Below are positions 60,394 to 64,000 of a stretch of DNA of 64,000 nt, piece by piece (the first letter of the stretch is position 1; every line of letters begins with the position of its first letter). Source of the stretch: Anaerohalosphaeraceae bacterium (GTDB taxonomy: Bacteria > Planctomycetota > Phycisphaerae > Sedimentisphaerales > Anaerohalosphaeraceae); contig CAXXSL010000005.1 in NCBI GenBank assembly GCA_963675525.2, positions 1-64,000 on the forward strand. The letters are read 5' to 3'. The position numbers and the translations under genes are program-made. Under the pieces are notes generated by a model. That model was given only the letters and a program-made list of their open reading frames with translations, had not been told where the DNA came from and searched no databases.

Positions 60394-63300
60394 ACGATAT
60401 GCTTCCGAAACCTGATGATTCCAAAGGGCTGATTGCGTGGATGACGCATAACCGGGTGACGCCCAACCTGATGATGCTCATTTTTCTGATTGGGGGTGTG
60501 ATTCTTGCGTTTACGATCAAAAAGGAAGTTTTTCCCGAATTTGACCTGGACATCGTAACGGTTCGTGTTCCGTATCCGGGTTCCAGTCCGGAAGAAGTGG
60601 AACAGGGCATTATTCTTGCCGTTGAAGAAGCGATTCGCGGGCTTGAAGGTGTTAAAGAAGTTACGGCAACAGCCTCGGAAGGGTCCGGGATGGTGACGGC
60701 CGAGTTGCTCGAAGGGGCCGATCAGCAGAAAGTCTATCAGGACATCAAACAGGAGATCGACCGGATTACAACTTTTCCGGAAGATGCCGAACAGCCGGAA
60801 GTCAGCCTGGCGGTTCGGCGCCGTGAGGTTTTGCAGATTGAACTGTATGGCGATGTGTCCGAATGGGTGCTGCGTGATTTGGCTGAACAGGTTCGAGACA
60901 GCCTGCTTCAGTATTCCGGTGTTACCCAGGTGGAACTGGATGGTGCCCGGGACTATGAAGTGCAGATATTGATCGATCAGGATACCTTGCGGGCGTATGG
61001 ATTAACACTTCAGACGGTTGCCGAGAAGATTCGAACAACGTCGGTTGAGATTCCGGGCGGGTATATTGAAACCGAAGGGGGTGATATCCTGCTGCGGGTC
61101 AAGGACCGCCGCGACTGGGCGAATGAATTCGCACAAATTCCGGTGATTACGTCGGTCGATGGTTCGGTTCTGTATCTGGAGGACATTGCCCAGGTCAAAG
61201 ACGATTTTGCCGATACGGACCGGGCGGCTTTTTTTAACGGTTTTCGGGCGATCGGCATCGAAGTGTTCCGCATTGGAGACCAGACGCCGACGGGTGTATC
61301 AGCGGCAGTTCGTGAGGCGATGCAGGAGATTGAAGCACAGTTGCCGCCGGGGGTTTATTGGACGGTTAACCGCGACAGTTCGGATATTTACCGCCAGCGG
61401 CTGACACTGCTGCTGAGAAATGCAGGTTATGGATTAGTCCTGGTGTTGGTGTTATTGGGATTATTTCTGGAGTTTAAGCTGGCGATGTGGGTGACGATGG
61501 GAATCCCCATCTCGTTTCTGGGCGCTTTTCTGTTTTTGCCGTCGCTGGATGTGACGATTAATATGATCTCCATGTTTGCGTTCATTATTGCATTGGGGAT
61601 TGTTGTGGATGATGCGATTGTGGTGGGCGAAAATGTGTATGATTATCGCAACCGCGGCATGGGATTTGTCGAAGCGGCGATCCTGGGCGCTCGGGATGTT
61701 TGCGTGCCTGTTACCTTCAGTATTATCACGAACATTATTGCTTTTTTGCCATTATGTTTCGTGCCGGGGTTTATCGGAAAGATATGGAAAGTCATTCCGA
61801 TGGTTGTCATCACGGTATTCACCATCTCCTGGGTGGAATCTCTCTTGATTCTTCCTTCGCACCTGGCTCATGCTCATCGTCGCAGCAAAAATCGGCTGGC
61901 CACCTATCTTCATGAGCGTCAGCAGGCGTTCAGCCGAAAATTTGAGCGGTTTATTGAATTTGTTTTTGCGCCCTTCCTGGACCGGTGCATTAAGTATCGG
62001 TTTCTTACGATTGCCGGGGGGGTCGCCATTTTTATTGTGGTTCTCAGTTATGTTGTCAGCGGACGGGTTGGCATGATTCTCATGCCGCGTGTGGAGTCCG
62101 ATTACACCATCGTTACGGCGATGCTTCCGTTTGGCAGTTCGATGCCGAAGGTTGAAAAGGTCAATAACTTTTTACTGGAAAAAGCCAATGAGGTGGTTGC
62201 GGAAAACGGCGGTGACCGGTTAAGCAAAGGGGTCTATACCCGCATCAACGAAAACGAGGCACAGGTTCGAATTTACCTGACCGATCCGGAAGTCCGCCCG
62301 ATCAGCACCACGGAATTAACAGCATTATGGCGAGAAAAAACGGGTCAAATTCCCGGCCTCGAATCACTTCGTTTTGAGTCGGACCGGGGCGGCCCCGGTT
62401 CCGGTGCGGCCTTAACCATTGAACTGAGCCATCGGGATATCGATGTATTGGATAAGGCCAGCGAAAAACTGGCGGAGCTGTTAAGTGATTTCCCCAACGT
62501 CAAGGATATCGACGACGGTTATACGCCGGGGAAGGAGCAATTGAATTTTAAAATCAAGCCGGAAGGGCAGAGTCTGGGATTGACCGGTCAGGCAATTGCC
62601 CGGCAAGTGCGAAACTCGTTTTATGGTGCCGAAGCGCTGCGGCAGCAGCGAGGACGCAGCGAAATCCGCGTTCGTGTCAAACTCCCCAAAGAACAACGAA
62701 ACAGTGAATATGACATTGAACAACTTTTGGTTCGTACGCCTTCCGGAAAAGATGTGCCGCTGATGCAGGTGGCAACGGTTGACCGCGGCCGGTCGTACAC
62801 CAGTATCGAGCGAAGAGACGGGCGGCGAACGGTTACAGTGACGGCCAATGTCGAGCCGATCGATGATACCAGTCAGGTCAAGACCACACTGGAAGAAGAT
62901 CTTCTGCCACAATTGATGAGAGATTATCCGGGACTGTCTTACGGATGGGAAGGCCGGCAGGCTGATTTCAGCGAAGGCATGCAGAGCTTGATGATTGGTT
63001 TCGTCTTTGCGCTGCTGGCGATTTATGCCATGCTGGCGATTCCTTTTAAAAGCTATTTCCAGCCGGTAATTGTGATGGTGGCAATTCCATTCGGCATTAT
63101 CGGTGCTGTTATCGGGCATATGCTGATGGGCTATTCGCTCAGCATGTTGAGCATGATGGGAATCATTGCATTGTCCGGCGTGGTTGTCAATGACTCACTG
63201 GTCCTGATCGATTATGCCAATCGAATCCGGAAAGAAAACAGCCTGTCCGCATTTGAAGCAATTCATCAGGCCGGAATTCGCCGATTCCGCCCGATTATGC

Positions 63301-63512
63301 TGACGACACTGACCACCTTCGGCGGCCTTGCTCCCATGATATTTGAGACATCCCGCCAGGCCCGGTTCATGATTCCCATGGCCATTTCTCTGGGCTACGG
63401 AATCTTATTCTCGACAGCCATTACGCTTATCATCGTGCCTTGTCTGTATATGACCTTGGAGGACGTCATAAAAAAATATCATAAGTGCTTCACTTTTTTA
63501 AATGGCGATTAA
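60390..63512 (+). CDS. RND efflux permease (AcrB/AcrD/AcrF family)
   Basis: 1040 aa; PGSSPEEVEQGI, GIVVDDAIVVGEN, SGVVVNDSLV, RFRPIMLTTLTT. Confidence 0.96.
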   Translation: MNDMLPKPDDSKGLIAWMTHNRVTPNLMMLIFLIGGVILAFTIKKEVFPEFDLDIVTVRVPYPGSSPEEVEQGIILAVEEAIRGLEGVKEVTATASEGSGMVTAELLEGADQQKVYQDIKQEIDRITTFPEDAEQPEVSLAVRRREVLQIELYGDVSEWVLRDLAEQVRDSLLQYSGVTQVELDGARDYEVQILIDQDTLRAYGLTLQTVAEKIRTTSVEIPGGYIETEGGDILLRVKDRRDWANEFAQIPVITSVDGSVLYLEDIAQVKDDFADTDRAAFFNGFRAIGIEVFRIGDQTPTGVSAAVREAMQEIEAQLPPGVYWTVNRDSSDIYRQRLTLLLRNAGYGLVLVLVLLGLFLEFKLAMWVTMGIPISFLGAFLFLPSLDVTINMISMFAFIIALGIVVDDAIVVGENVYDYRNRGMGFVEAAILGARDVCVPVTFSIITNIIAFLPLCFVPGFIGKIWKVIPMVVITVFTISWVESLLILPSHLAHAHRRSKNRLATYLHERQQAFSRKFERFIEFVFAPFLDRCIKYRFLTIAGGVAIFIVVLSYVVSGRVGMILMPRVESDYTIVTAMLPFGSSMPKVEKVNNFLLEKANEVVAENGGDRLSKGVYTRINENEAQVRIYLTDPEVRPISTTELTALWREKTGQIPGLESLRFESDRGGPGSGAALTIELSHRDIDVLDKASEKLAELLSDFPNVKDIDDGYTPGKEQLNFKIKPEGQSLGLTGQAIARQVRNSFYGAEALRQQRGRSEIRVRVKLPKEQRNSEYDIEQLLVRTPSGKDVPLMQVATVDRGRSYTSIERRDGRRTVTVTANVEPIDDTSQVKTTLEEDLLPQLMRDYPGLSYGWEGRQADFSEGMQSLMIGFVFALLAIYAMLAIPFKSYFQPVIVMVAIPFGIIGAVIGHMLMGYSLSMLSMMGIIALSGVVVNDSLVLIDYANRIRKENSLSAFEAIHQAGIRRFRPIMLTTLTTFGGLAPMIFETSRQARFMIPMAISLGYGILFSTAITLIIVPCLYMTLEDVIKKYHKCFTFLNGD

Positions 63513-63677
63513 TTTGCGTGATCAGCAACTTGGGGCAGGGCTTTTCAGGGCCCTTTATGTCAAAAAAACAAGTTTTTTGATGATATTCCGAACTCCGTAA
63601 TTGTAAATTTCCCTTTTCCCGTTAATATAATCGAGACTTTTCAGTTAATTTAGAGAACATTTGAACCGGAGAGTGAA

Positions 63678-64000
63678 ATGGGTTTTCCAACAACACGGCA
63701 AAGAAGGTTGCGTGCAAACGCTGCGATGAGGCGACTGGTATGCCAAACGACACTTTCGGTAGACAATTTTGTGTACCCGCTTTTTACTTGTCCCGGCACA
63801 AATATTAAAGATCCGATTCCATCCATGGCGGACTGTTTTCACTTTTCGGTTGACAGGATTGCCGAAGAAGCGATAGAGGTTGCATCGCTGGGGATTCCTG
63901 CGATTTTACTGTTTGGGTTACCCGAACGTAAAGACGCATCGGGCTCAGAAGCCTATATTGACGAATCGACGGTTTGCCGGGCGATCTGTCAGATCAAAAA
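63678..64000 (+). CDS. hemB: Porphobilinogen synthase (5' part; runs off the window)
   Basis: Own translation: MGFPTTRQRRLRANAAMRRLVCQTTLSVDNFVYPLF..IPSM..GIPAILLFGLPERKDASGSEA; RBS ggag. Confidence 0.93.
   Translation, partial: MGFPTTRQRRLRANAAMRRLVCQTTLSVDNFVYPLFTCPGTNIKDPIPSMADCFHFSVDRIAEEAIEVASLGIPAILLFGLPERKDASGSEAYIDESTVCRAICQIK

Noticed and set aside
1001..63842. Numerous antisense and alternate-frame ORFs (e.g. 1001-1768, 4351-5097, 43072-43914, 62481-63119, 63645-63842)
   Set aside because: Shadow ORFs of well-supported genes, with no recognisable motifs.

Overview
Bacterial window, most likely a Planctomycete of class Phycisphaerae (Sedimentisphaerales-like). This is inferred from a DUF1559-type pilin-like gene, a PEP-CTERM protein, a gvs1-type ECF sigma/FecR pair and Cys/Trp-rich dockerin-like tails. 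Housekeeping genes lie at both ends (carB-carA at left; TetR-RND efflux and partial hemB at right). Between them are three modules. (1) A minus-strand GH20-anmK-murQ-sodium:solute symporter operon for amino-sugar/peptidoglycan salvage. (2) A ~22 kb pectin/rhamnogalacturonan locus: CE8, three tandem PL11 lyases, GH105, a GH106-CE12 fusion, GH28 and GH2. (3) A ~21 kb alpha-glucan locus: ECF sigma, FecR-like sensor, pilin-like protein, two paralogous putative glycan-binding proteins (one dockerin-like-tailed, one PEP-CTERM-tailed), then GH66, GH13, GH57/GH119-like, GH13, a six-hairpin glycosidase and GH31. Neither locus contains SusC/D, TonB-dependent, ABC or MFS importers. Less obvious structure: a ~1 kb near-identical tail shared by two PL11 genes, a decayed inverted third copy of that tail in an intergenic region, a probable PL11-CBM35-GH105 fusion broken by a +1 frameshift and one in-frame TGA, and a REP-like mosaic with a 190-bp tandem duplication at the window start. 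All family assignments come from motif recognition by eye; no database searches were run.
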